Assembly (NCBI RefSeq): GCF_000092125.1
Contig: NC_014212.1
Span: 2,542,279 to 2,566,278, forward strand
Direction of reading: 5' to 3'
From: Allomeiothermus silvanus DSM 9946
GTDB lineage: Bacteria > Deinococcota > Deinococci > Deinococcales > Thermaceae
Length of the DNA: 24,000 nucleotides
The translations under genes and the position numbers were made by a program. A model generated the notes under the pieces. The model made no database searches. It saw only the letters and a list, made by a program, of their open reading frames with translations, and was not told the origin of the DNA. Shown one piece after another: positions 15,240-23,869 of the stretch. How positions within the stretch are numbered: the stretch's first letter is position 1; each line of letters starts with the position of its first letter.

Positions 15240-16352
15240 ATGACCGATTTTCTCAAATCCCTGGGCATCGCTGACCCTGGCGGTTCTGGCTGGCTGATCG
15301 TGATCTTCACCTTTATCGTGGCCTGGACGGTGACCTGGCGGTTCATCCCCCGCGTGCGGCAGTTCGCCCTGAAAGTAGGCTGGGCTGATCAACCCAACGC
15401 CCGCAGGCTCAACAAAGAGCCTTTGCCCAACGCGGGGGGGCTAGCTATCTTTGCCGGGGTGATCGCTGCTTTGACCGTAGCGACCGCGCTTCGACCGATC
15501 TTGATCCAAGAGGTTCAGGTACAGATACTGGCGATTTTGTTGGGGGGGGCCATCTTGGTGATGGTGGGATTTATCGATGACCAGTTCGGGCTTCCTCCTT
15601 TGTTCCGCATCGCAGTCCAGGTGCTCTCAGCGCTGTTGCTGATCGCCGTGGGAATTCGCTTTAACGCTGCTTTTGGCACTGCCTTGGACCCGGTGCTCTC
15701 GGTGTTTTTGAGCGTCTTCTGGATCGTGGGCATCACCAACGCTATCAACCTGATGGACGGGGTAGATGGGCTCGCTGGGGGGATTAGTTACATCACCGCG
15801 ATGTGCTTGCTGGCGGTTTCGGCGCAGAATCCCGAATGGGCCGCCGGGACGCTAGTGCTAGCCGCACTGGCGGGGGCCGCGCTGGGGTTCTTGCGGCACA
15901 ATTTCCACCCCTCCAAGATCATCATGGGCGATGCCGGGGCCTACTTCTTCGGCTACGTGCTGGCCGCCACCAGCCTGTTGGGCAACCTCAAGCTCACCAC
16001 GGTGTTTAGCCTGATCCCTACCATGTTGTTCTTGCTGCTCCCGATCCTCGACACCTCTCAGGTGGTCATCCGGCGGCTGCTACGGGGGCAAAACCCCATG
16101 TCCACTCCCGGTAAGGACCATATCCACCACCGGCTGCTCGAGCGGGGCTTTTCCCAACGGCGCACCACCCTTACCCTGTGGGCCTTGACCTTGGGCTTTA
16201 ACCTTTTGGCCATGGCTGTGCAGCCCAGCGTACCGGGGCGGGTGGTGCTGGTTACAGCCCTCATCACGGCGGGACTGCTGGCTTATACGGTATGGCGCAA
16301 GCTGCGAGCAGTTTGGCGGGAAGCCCAGCTCGAGGGTGGAGGGCTAGGGTGA
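15240..16352 (+). CDS. wecA: Polyprenyl-phosphate N-acetylhexosamine-1-phosphate transferase (MraY/WecA/TagO family, GT4)
   Basis: Polytopic membrane protein with motifs 'IDDQFGL', '[15 protein letters not shown]' and '[10 protein letters not shown]'. Coupled to wecB by a GTGA overlap. Confidence 0.85.
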   Translation: MTDFLKSLGIADPGGSGWLIVIFTFIVAWTVTWRFIPRVRQFALKVGWADQPNARRLNKEPLPNAGGLAIFAGVIAALTVATALRPILIQEVQVQILAILLGGAILVMVGFIDDQFGLPPLFRIAVQVLSALLLIAVGIRFNAAFGTALDPVLSVFLSVFWIVGITNAINLMDGVDGLAGGISYITAMCLLAVSAQNPEWAAGTLVLAALAGAALGFLRHNFHPSKIIMGDAGAYFFGYVLAATSLLGNLKLTTVFSLIPTMLFLLLPILDTSQVVIRRLLRGQNPMSTPGKDHIHHRLLERGFSQRRTTLTLWALTLGFNLLAMAVQPSVPGRVVLVTALITAGLLAYTVWRKLRAVWREAQLEGGGLG

Positions 16353-17467
16353 AACGCGTGGTGCTAGCTTTTGGAACCCGGCCCGAGGCCACCAAGATGG
16401 CCCCGGTCTACCACGCGCTCAAAGGGCAAGCGGGCCTCGAGCCCGTGGTGCTGCTTACTGGGCAGCACCGTGAGCAACTAACCCAGGCCCTCTCGCTCTT
16501 CGAGGTGCCCGCCGAGCGCAACCTGGACGTGATGACCGAGCGGCAGACCCTGCCCGAACTGGCCGCCCGTATCCTGCCACAAGCGGCCCAGGCGCTCGAG
16601 GATCTGGGGGCTGATTACGTACTGGTCCACGGCGACACCCTCACCACCTTCGTGGTGGCCTGGGCCGCTTTTTTGCAGCAAATCCCGGTAGGGCACGTGG
16701 AGGCGGGATTGCGCAGCTTCAACCTAGCCGAGCCCTTCCCCGAGGAGGCCAACCGCCGTCTCACTGACGCCATCGCCGACCTAGACCTGGCCCCCACCCC
16801 GCTGGCCAAGCAAAACCTCCTGGCCGAGCACAAAGACCCCCAGCGGATACTCGTCACCGGGCAAACCGGGGTAGATGCAGTGCTTTTCGCCACCAAGGTG
16901 GGGCAGCTTCCTGAAGGAATTCCCCGCGAGAAGCTCGTCACCGTGACCCTCCACCGCCGCGAGAACTGGGAGGTGCTGAGCGAGTTGGCCCAAGCCCTGG
17001 CTAAGGCTGCCCACGACCACCCCCACTACACCTTCGTCTTTCCGGTGCACCTCAACCCGGTGGTGCGTGAGGCGGTATGGCCGGTGCTCGCGGGGGTACC
17101 AAACTTTTTGCTCCTAGACCCGCTCGAGTACGGTCCGATGTCGGCTTTGATGGGCAGGAGCGATCTTATCGTCACCGACTCCGGCGGCCTGCAGGAAGAA
17201 GGGGCCGCGCTGGGCGTACCGGTAGTCGTGCTCAGAAATGTCACCGAGCGCCCTGAGGGAGTAGCAGCGGGCATTTTGCGCCTCGCCGGGACCGACCCCC
17301 AACAGGTGTACCAAATCGTGAGCGGGCTCTTGGCTGACGCAGCGGAGCGAAAGAAGATGTCTAGCGCGAAGAACCCTTACGGCGATGGTAAAGCTGCCCA
17401 GCGCGTAGCCCAGGGAGTAGCCTGGCGGCTGGGCCTGGCCGAGCGCCCCGAGGATTGGGCGCCCTAG
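16349..17467 (+). CDS. wecB: UDP-N-acetylglucosamine 2-epimerase (non-hydrolysing)
   Basis: GTG 16349 overlaps the wecA TGA stop (16350-16352) and follows GGTGGAGGG (16335-16343). Motifs '(M)[19 protein letters not shown]', 'HVEAGLRS' and '[20 protein letters not shown]'. Confidence 0.92.
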   Translation: MKRVVLAFGTRPEATKMAPVYHALKGQAGLEPVVLLTGQHREQLTQALSLFEVPAERNLDVMTERQTLPELAARILPQAAQALEDLGADYVLVHGDTLTTFVVAWAAFLQQIPVGHVEAGLRSFNLAEPFPEEANRRLTDAIADLDLAPTPLAKQNLLAEHKDPQRILVTGQTGVDAVLFATKVGQLPEGIPREKLVTVTLHRRENWEVLSELAQALAKAAHDHPHYTFVFPVHLNPVVREAVWPVLAGVPNFLLLDPLEYGPMSALMGRSDLIVTDSGGLQEEGAALGVPVVVLRNVTERPEGVAAGILRLAGTDPQQVYQIVSGLLADAAERKKMSSAKNPYGDGKAAQRVAQGVAWRLGLAERPEDWAP

Positions 17468-17691
17468 ATCCTATAAACATCGCTTTGGACCGGCTTTTGC
17501 CCCTCATCAGCAGCGGCAGTTGGTTAGGTTTGGCCAGGGATTTGTCTGCTGGTAGCGTTCCATGCAAACGGCTCGAGCTGGCTCATTAGCGGGGCTCCCG
17601 ACGAGCGCTGGAACAATGGCGTATTGCGCCAGTTCAACCGGGTGCCAGGTGCGGCCTTCGAGGCGGTGGAGGTGTCGGAGGGCCGCTCGCC

Positions 17692-18906
17692 TCAGTCCGA
17701 GGCCTCTGCCCGCACCGGGCTCAGGCTGCGGGGCCAGGGGAAGCGCACCAGGGCCAAGGCCGCGAGCAGGGTGAGGCCACCCATCACCCCCACCCCCCCG
17801 CGCCCACCGAAGAGGTCAATCAGAAGGCCCGACAGATAAGCCCCCACCGGCCCCACCCCGAGGAGCACCATCGAGTACACCGACATCACCCGGCCCCGGA
17901 TCCGGTCGGGGGACATGAGCTGGACGGTGGTGTTGCAGTTGATGAGGGTGGTGATCATCCCGAAACCCGCGATCCCCAAGAGGAAAGCTGCCCAGAAGGC
18001 CGGTATGGGCAGGGCCAGGGCCAGCAGGGCGAGCCCCAGCACGAGGCTGCCCAGCACCGAGCGGAAAGGCCGGGCCTGCGAGCCGATAGCCTGAATGACC
18101 GCCGCGACGATCGAACCCAGACCCACCGCCGACATCAAAAAGCCGAAGCCCTGGGCCTCGAGCCCCAGCACCAGCCGGGCGTAGGCCGGGACGATGGTCT
18201 GAAAATTCATGCCGAACATGCTGGCAAGCCCCACCAAGATCACGATCTGGCGCACCAGGGGTTCTTGCCAGACGTAACGCACCCCCTCGAGCGCGTCCTG
18301 CAAGACCCCGCCCCGCTTGACCTCCAGGTTCACCCGGGGAACCCTCAGCAGCACCAACAGCAAGGGCAAAAACGAGAGGGCGTTGGCCAGGTAGCTAAAG
18401 CCCAACCCGACTCCCGCGATGAGGATCCCGGCCAGGGCCGGACCCGTAAGCCGCGAGACGTTGAAGCCGAAGGAGTTGAGGGCGATGGCCCCAGGGTAGC
18501 GGTCCTTTCCCGCTAGCTCCACCGTAAAGGCCTGGCGCACCGGCAAGTCCATGGCGTTGAACATCCCGTAGAGAAAGGCAAACACCAAGACGTGCTCGTA
18601 GCGCACCTGCCCGGTGAGGATCAGCCCGAACATGGCGAAGGCCAGTAGGCACATCCCCCCCTGGGTGATGAAGAGGAGATTGCGCCTTGGGTAACGGTCC
18701 GAGAGCACCCCGGCGGGGAGTGAGAACAACAGCGAGGGCAAAAACTGTAGGGCCACCACCAGCCCGAGCTTGGCGGCAGAACCGGTCAGCTCGAGCACCA
18801 ACCAGCCTTGGGTAGCTGACTGCATCCAAGTACCCAGTTGTGAGGTGAAGAGGGCCAACCAGTAGGTGCGGTAACGGGGGTCTCCTAACAGTTGCCAGAC
18901 AAGCAC
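17692..18906 (-). CDS. MFS transporter (EntS/MFS_3-like)
   Basis: 404 aa, about 12 TM helices. N-terminus 'YRTYWLALFTSQLGTWMQSATQGWLVLELTGSA' and loop motif 'GVLSDRYPRRN'. GTG start at 18906 directly abuts GGGAGG, so the exact start is uncertain. Confidence 0.88.
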   Translation of the reverse strand: MLVWQLLGDPRYRTYWLALFTSQLGTWMQSATQGWLVLELTGSAAKLGLVVALQFLPSLLFSLPAGVLSDRYPRRNLLFITQGGMCLLAFAMFGLILTGQVRYEHVLVFAFLYGMFNAMDLPVRQAFTVELAGKDRYPGAIALNSFGFNVSRLTGPALAGILIAGVGLGFSYLANALSFLPLLLVLLRVPRVNLEVKRGGVLQDALEGVRYVWQEPLVRQIVILVGLASMFGMNFQTIVPAYARLVLGLEAQGFGFLMSAVGLGSIVAAVIQAIGSQARPFRSVLGSLVLGLALLALALPIPAFWAAFLLGIAGFGMITTLINCNTTVQLMSPDRIRGRVMSVYSMVLLGVGPVGAYLSGLLIDLFGGRGGVGVMGGLTLLAALALVRFPWPRSLSPVRAEASD

Positions 18907-19037
18907 CCTCCCATGCTACACCCACCGCTGACCGATGGGTCAGTGCGCGGTCTCGCAGCGTGAGCACGATTTGGGACCAAGCCAGGGCAGCACTCCAATT
19001 TCCGCAAAAGATGTGACACCGACCCGTCTTCTCACCC

Positions 19038-19066
19038 TTGACAGCCCAGAGGCCGAACCGTAGTGT
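19038..19066 (+). promoter_or_regulatory. Candidate promoter of the TAXI-TRAP operon
   Basis: TTGACA (19038-19043), 17-nt spacer, TAGTGT (19061-19066). GGAGG (19086-19090) lies 6 nt before GTG 19097. Confidence 0.45.
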
Positions 19067-19096
19067 GGGGATGCACAGATACCCTGGAGGTGACGT

Positions 19097-20104
19097 GTGA
19101 AACGAGTGCTTTCGCGAATGCTTCTCTGCTTATCCCTCAGCCTGCTCGCTGGGGTGGCCCTGGCCCAGAAACCGCGCGTGGTGGTGCCCACCGGCAGCAC
19201 CGGCGGCGTGTTTTTCTTCTACGGTCAGGCCATCGCCAAGATCTTGAGCGAGACCGGGGTGGCCGAGGCTACCGCGCAACAGACCGGCGGCTCCTACGAT
19301 AATCTGCTCCTGTTGCGCGACCGCACCGACCCCGGCGCGAACACCTACTACTGTGCCCTTACTACTACGGATGCGGCGCTGGTCACCTATACCGGCCAAG
19401 AGCCCCGCTTCAAGGAAAAGCGAGCCGATAGCCAGCGAATCCTCTTCTACATGTACCCCAGCCTCATTCACATTGTGACCACCGAGAAGTCGGGGATCAA
19501 AGTGGTACAAGACCTCAAGGGCAAGCGGGTCTCCACCGGGCAGCCGGGCTCCTCCACCGAGAACCTGGCGTTGTTGGTGCTCGAGGGCGCCAACGTCAAA
19601 CCCGAGAGCTTCGGTAAGCGCGAACGCCTGCCCGCCGCCGAGAGTGCCAAGGCCTTGGCTGAGGGGACCATCGACGCCTACTTCTGGGTGGGCGGGGTAC
19701 CTACGGCTAGCATCGTGGAACTGGGCCAGTCCCTCTTGCGCAAGGGTGACCGCATCCGCCTGGTGCCGGTGACCCCGCAAAGCACCACCGCCCAACTGCT
19801 GCTCAAGCGCTTCCCCGGCATCGTAAGCACCGGGGTAGTTCCCAAGAGCGTCTACGGCACCGCCACCGACATCCCGGCGCTTTTCACCGGCAACGTCTTC
19901 GTCTGCCCGGCCTCGATGCCCGATAGCCTGGCCTACGCCATCACCAAGGCGGTGTTCGACAACCTCAAGACCCTCGAGACCGCCACCGCCGCGGCCCGCG
20001 ACACCACCCTCAAAAACAGCGCCGACCTCTACGCCGCCAAAACCGTAGTCCCCTTCCACCCTGGGGCGGTCAAGTACTTCCGTGAGACCGGGGCCATCAA
20101 GTAA
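19097..20104 (+). CDS. TAXI-family TRAP transporter solute-binding receptor
   Basis: Signal peptide 'MKRVLSRMLLCLSLSLLAGVALAQ'. 'TGSTGGVFFFYGQAIAKIL' and 'HPGAVKYFRETG' are typical of TAXI (NMT1_3-like) receptors. A fused TRAP permease gene follows. Confidence 0.9.
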   Translation: MKRVLSRMLLCLSLSLLAGVALAQKPRVVVPTGSTGGVFFFYGQAIAKILSETGVAEATAQQTGGSYDNLLLLRDRTDPGANTYYCALTTTDAALVTYTGQEPRFKEKRADSQRILFYMYPSLIHIVTTEKSGIKVVQDLKGKRVSTGQPGSSTENLALLVLEGANVKPESFGKRERLPAAESAKALAEGTIDAYFWVGGVPTASIVELGQSLLRKGDRIRLVPVTPQSTTAQLLLKRFPGIVSTGVVPKSVYGTATDIPALFTGNVFVCPASMPDSLAYAITKAVFDNLKTLETATAAARDTTLKNSADLYAAKTVVPFHPGAVKYFRETGAIK

Positions 20105-20138
20105 ACCTCGGAGCCTGCTCGTCGAGCCTCCCCACCCT

Positions 20139-20158
20139 CCCCGGGTGCGGGGGTTTTT
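20139..20158 (+). terminator. Intra-operon intrinsic terminator/attenuator between the receptor and permease genes
   Basis: CCCCG (20139-20143), loop GGTG, CGGGG (20048+100=20148-20152), then G and TTTTT (20154-20158). A competing hairpin CACCC (20133-20137) / GGGTG (20143-20147) shares bases with it. Confidence 0.5.
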
Positions 20159-20210
20159 CATCAAGCCGCTGCGGCGGGTACAATCAGCTCGAGCCCACAG
20201 GTGAGGTGTC

Positions 20211-22583
20211 ATGGAACTATCTCAGGAGACTACGCACAAGACCCCGCTACGGCGGTTCACCTGGGTAGTGCTGCTGGTGGCCGCCCTCTATAGCCTCTAT
20301 CTGGTCCTTCACCCCTTCACCCCCTTCTCCCGCACGGATATCTCGATCCTCGACGTGGTGCAGCTGGAGCGGGCGGTGCACGTGTTCTTCTTGCTGTTCG
20401 CCGGATACCTGCTCACCGCCCAGGGGCTCCCCCAGCGGCGCACCACGGGGTCGTGGGTCTTCGTGGCCCTCACCCTACCTTTCCTCTACACCTTTTGGGT
20501 GCCTAACGTACCGGGGGTGGCGATCCCGCTCGAGGGCAGGCTGGCCGGAACTTTAGCCTGGGCTTTGGCGGTGCTCCCGGCGCTACTCCCCACCACCCGC
20601 CGCTACACCGATTTACTGGCAGCTTTGCTTTCCGTCGCCCCGCTGGCCTACCAGCTGCGCTTCTACGAAGAACTGGTCTATCGTGCGGTGATCCCTACCG
20701 GTTGGGACATGACCATGTCCTTCAGCCTGATCATCCTAGTGCTGGGGTTGGTCTACCGCCTGCTGGGGCCGGTGATGCCCTCGCTGGTGCTGATCTTCCT
20801 GGCTTATAACCTCTACGGGCACCTGGTCCCCGGTACCTTCCGCGGGGCCAAAAACGGCATTGACCTGCTGCTGGGCAAAACGTACAACGAGACCGAGGCC
20901 GGGATCTACGGCCTTATCACCGGAGTGTCGGCGAAGTACTTGGTTTACTTCACTATCCTCTCGGGGCTGATCGGGGCGCTGGGGCTGGGCCGGGTAATCG
21001 CCAACATCGCCCTGGCGCTGGTAGGGCGCACCCCGCAGACCCCAGGCCGGGTCACCGGTATCGCCTCGGTCTTCATGGGTATGTTCAGCGGCTCAGGGGC
21101 CGCCGACACCCAGTTTGTGGCCACCCTGACCAAGCCGCTGTACGAAAAAGCGGGCTATGACCGCATGACCGCTGCCGGGTTGGTCGCTACCGCTGGGACT
21201 ATCGCCCTCATCACCCCACCGGTGCTGGGAAGCATTGCCTTCATCATGGTAGAAATCCTGCAGATCAGCTACCTGTGGGTGATGGTGATGGCCATCGGCC
21301 CCTGCCTGCTCTATTTGTTTGCGATACTGGCCTACAACGAGTTCTACGCCCGCAAAGCCAAGCTACCCCCGGTAGGTGCCGATGGGCACCTGCGCCGCCG
21401 CTACGCCCTACGGTACAGCACGATCTTCCTGCCTATCCTCGTCATCGTGATCCTGCTCTACCGGGGGGCCGAGGTAGCCACCGCGGTGTACCTGGCCGCA
21501 CTGGCTTTCATCCTGGTGGGCTACCTGGACCCCACCCTGCGCCCCGAACCGCTCCGCCAGGCCATGCGCAGCCGCTGGTATCCGCTGGGGCTGGGGCTAG
21601 GGATGTTGCTGGCCCTGGCGGGGTTCTTTCTACCTACCTTGCTAGGCGTGGGGTACGGGGAAATCCCCCTTTTTCACCTTACGCTGGCCTTCCTGGGACT
21701 GATCTTGGGCACGTTTGCCTTCCCCTCAGCGATGGAAGGGAAGTTTATGGCGGCCTTCGCGCCCATCGCCAACGGCCTGGCCGAAGGCTTCCGCCAGCTC
21801 ATCCCCATCGGCGCAGCCATCGTGGCGGCCAACCTGATCTTCGCCATGATGGTGATCACCGGGCTGCCCTCCAAGTTCTCCATCTTCCTGGGACAGGTCT
21901 CCGGGGAAAGCCTGATCCTGGCAACCGTGGTAACGGCCCTTTTTAGCCTGATTTTGGGGATGGGGGTGCCCCCCACCGCTACCTATGTGCTCACCTCCTC
22001 GCTCACCGCGCCAGCCATCATCAACCTGGCGAAAGCCAACTTCGCCGGCTACGGTCTGCCCGAGCAGCAAGCCGTGTTGGCGGCGACTTTGGCCACCCAC
22101 ATGTTTCTCTTCTACTACGCGGTGCTAGCCGATGTAACTCCCCCGGTGGCGCTCTCGGCGTATGCCTCGGCCTCGGTATTCAAAACCGATCCCATCACCA
22201 CCGGGGTCTATGCCGCTCGGGTAGCGCTGGCCAAGTACATCATCGGCTTTTTCTTCCTGCTCTCCTTCACCGGCACCGGCTTGCTGATCCTGCCGGTGCT
22301 GCAAAGCGTACCGGGCCTCGAGGGCTGGCTAATTGTCCTCGAGCGCTTCTTCTTCACCGCCTCGGCCATCATCTTCCTAGCCGCCGCTACGGTGGGCTAC
22401 ACCCGCCGTCCCTTGCGGCGCTGGGAAAGCTGGGCCATGGGCCTGCTAGCGGTCTCCCTTTTCTACCCTTACCCTAACTTGTGGATGGGCTTCGTTCCGC
22501 TGGTAGCCTGCTTGCTCTTCTTTCTGCGCCGGGAGCGCCCGGCTACCACCCACAGCCTGGGCACCCAGGATGTAAAGCGCTGA
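20211..22583 (+). CDS. TRAP transporter fused permease (DctQ-DctM type 4TM/12TM fusion, TAXI-associated)
   Basis: 790-aa highly hydrophobic protein directly downstream of the TAXI receptor. ATG 20211 follows GGTGAGGTG. The size and two-module layout fit the fused TRAP permeases. Confidence 0.88.
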   Translation: MELSQETTHKTPLRRFTWVVLLVAALYSLYLVLHPFTPFSRTDISILDVVQLERAVHVFFLLFAGYLLTAQGLPQRRTTGSWVFVALTLPFLYTFWVPNVPGVAIPLEGRLAGTLAWALAVLPALLPTTRRYTDLLAALLSVAPLAYQLRFYEELVYRAVIPTGWDMTMSFSLIILVLGLVYRLLGPVMPSLVLIFLAYNLYGHLVPGTFRGAKNGIDLLLGKTYNETEAGIYGLITGVSAKYLVYFTILSGLIGALGLGRVIANIALALVGRTPQTPGRVTGIASVFMGMFSGSGAADTQFVATLTKPLYEKAGYDRMTAAGLVATAGTIALITPPVLGSIAFIMVEILQISYLWVMVMAIGPCLLYLFAILAYNEFYARKAKLPPVGADGHLRRRYALRYSTIFLPILVIVILLYRGAEVATAVYLAALAFILVGYLDPTLRPEPLRQAMRSRWYPLGLGLGMLLALAGFFLPTLLGVGYGEIPLFHLTLAFLGLILGTFAFPSAMEGKFMAAFAPIANGLAEGFRQLIPIGAAIVAANLIFAMMVITGLPSKFSIFLGQVSGESLILATVVTALFSLILGMGVPPTATYVLTSSLTAPAIINLAKANFAGYGLPEQQAVLAATLATHMFLFYYAVLADVTPPVALSAYASASVFKTDPITTGVYAARVALAKYIIGFFFLLSFTGTGLLILPVLQSVPGLEGWLIVLERFFFTASAIIFLAAATVGYTRRPLRRWESWAMGLLAVSLFYPYPNLWMGFVPLVACLLFFLRRERPATTHSLGTQDVKR

Positions 22584-22614
22584 GCCTTAGCACTTACTCT
22601 GGTATTCTCCTGCT

Positions 22615-23775
22615 ATGTTCGACTTCCTGAACGTGCAAGAACTCCTCACCCCCGAGGAGCGCGAGATCCAGCGAGCGGCCCGGCGGTTCCTCGAGGCCGA
22701 GGCGCTGCCCTACATCAGCGGCTGGTGGGAAGCCGGGGAGTTTCCCCGCCACCTCATCCCCAAGTTCGCCGAGATGGGCTTCTTAGGCCCTACCATCCCG
22801 GTCGAGTATGGCGGGGGCGGGGCTAGCAGCGCCACTTACGGGGTGATGGCCTACGAACTCGAGCGCATCGACGCGGGCCTCAGGAGCTTCGCCAGCGTAC
22901 AGTCGAGCCTGGTGATGTACCCTATCTACACCTACGGCTCGGAAGAGCAAAAGCGCGAGTTCCTGCCTAAGCTGGCCAAGGGCGAGATGATCGGCTGCTT
23001 CGGCCTCACCGAGCCGGACGGCGGCTCCGACCCCGACGCCAATATGAAGACCCGTGCCTATAGGGACGGTGACCATTACGTTTTGTCGGGCACCAAGATG
23101 TGGATCACCAACGGCAACCTGGCCCACATCGCAGTGGTGTGGGCCAAGGACGAGGCCGGGGTGGTGCGCGGCTTCATCGTGCCGACCGATACCCAGGGCT
23201 TCAAAGCCAACGAGGTCAAGCACAAGATGAGCCTGCGGGCCAGCGTGACCAGCGAACTGGTACTCCAGGAGGTGCGCATCCCCGCTAGCCTGATGCTCCC
23301 CAAGGCCGAAGGGCTCAAAGCTCCCCTCTCCTGCCTCACCCAGGCCCGCTTTGGCATCGCCTGGGGGGCTTTGGGGGCGCTCGAGGCCGTTTACAGCGAA
23401 GCCCTCGCTTTCGCCCAAAGCCGCATTACCTTCGGCAAACCCATCGCCTCGCGCCAACTGGTACAGGAAAAGCTGGTGCGGATGGCCGCCGACCACACCA
23501 AGGGGCTACTCCTCGCGTGGCGCTTGGCCCAGCTCAAAGACGCAGGAAAACTTCGCCCCGCACAGGTGAGCTTAGGAAAACGCGACAACGTGCGCTCGGC
23601 TTTGCACGCGGCCCGCTCGGCCCGAGAGATCTTGGGCGGAAGCGGGATCACCCTCGAGTACCACAGCATTCGACACATGCTGAACCTCGAGACCGTGGAC
23701 ACCTACGAGGGCACCCATGACATCCACACCCTGATCCTAGGAAGAGAGCTCACTGGGATGAACGCGCTCGGCTGA
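22615..23775 (+). CDS. Acyl-CoA dehydrogenase, glutaryl-CoA dehydrogenase-like subgroup
   Basis: 'ELERIDAGLRSFASVQSSLVMYPIYTYGSEEQK', 'IGCFGLTEPDGGSDP', 'KMWITNG', and C-terminal 'YEGTHDIHTLILGRELTG'. 386 aa. Confidence 0.9.
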   Translation: MFDFLNVQELLTPEEREIQRAARRFLEAEALPYISGWWEAGEFPRHLIPKFAEMGFLGPTIPVEYGGGGASSATYGVMAYELERIDAGLRSFASVQSSLVMYPIYTYGSEEQKREFLPKLAKGEMIGCFGLTEPDGGSDPDANMKTRAYRDGDHYVLSGTKMWITNGNLAHIAVVWAKDEAGVVRGFIVPTDTQGFKANEVKHKMSLRASVTSELVLQEVRIPASLMLPKAEGLKAPLSCLTQARFGIAWGALGALEAVYSEALAFAQSRITFGKPIASRQLVQEKLVRMAADHTKGLLLAWRLAQLKDAGKLRPAQVSLGKRDNVRSALHAARSAREILGGSGITLEYHSIRHMLNLETVDTYEGTHDIHTLILGRELTGMNALG

Positions 23776-23869
23776 GCCAAGGGTTTACCTGCCTAAAAGG
23801 GCGGATCCGCTTCCGCCTGAACTCAACCCAATGCTTCGGTGGGGCTCATATGAGGTAACCTGAGTCGGT

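Noticed and set aside
16292-16348. Long version of wecB starting at ATG 16292
   Set aside because: It would overlap wecA by 61 nt. GTG 16349 has a strong SD and the classic GTGA stop/start overlap, and the family N-terminus (KxxxxFGTRPE) begins there.
19130-20212. 360-aa ORF on the minus strand spanning the whole TAXI receptor gene
   Set aside because: It is antisense to a gene with a clear family match. Its product is low-complexity (Gly/Ala/Arg-rich) with no recognisable motif. Such stop-free antisense frames are expected at this GC content.
21275-21946. 223-aa alternative-frame ORF inside the TRAP permease gene
   Set aside because: It lies on the same strand but out of frame with a continuous 790-aa membrane protein. 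Its product is Pro/Arg/Gly-rich and not membrane-like.
22783-23496. 237-aa minus-strand ORF inside the acyl-CoA dehydrogenase gene
   Set aside because: It is antisense to a well-supported CDS, its composition is Gly/Ala/His-rich, and it has no motif or plausible ribosome-binding site. High-GC artefact.
23800-23817. Hairpin GGCGGA/TCCGCC after the acyl-CoA dehydrogenase stop as a terminator
   Set aside because: The 6-bp stem has no following U-tract (the sequence continues TGAACTC), which is too weak to call a terminator.
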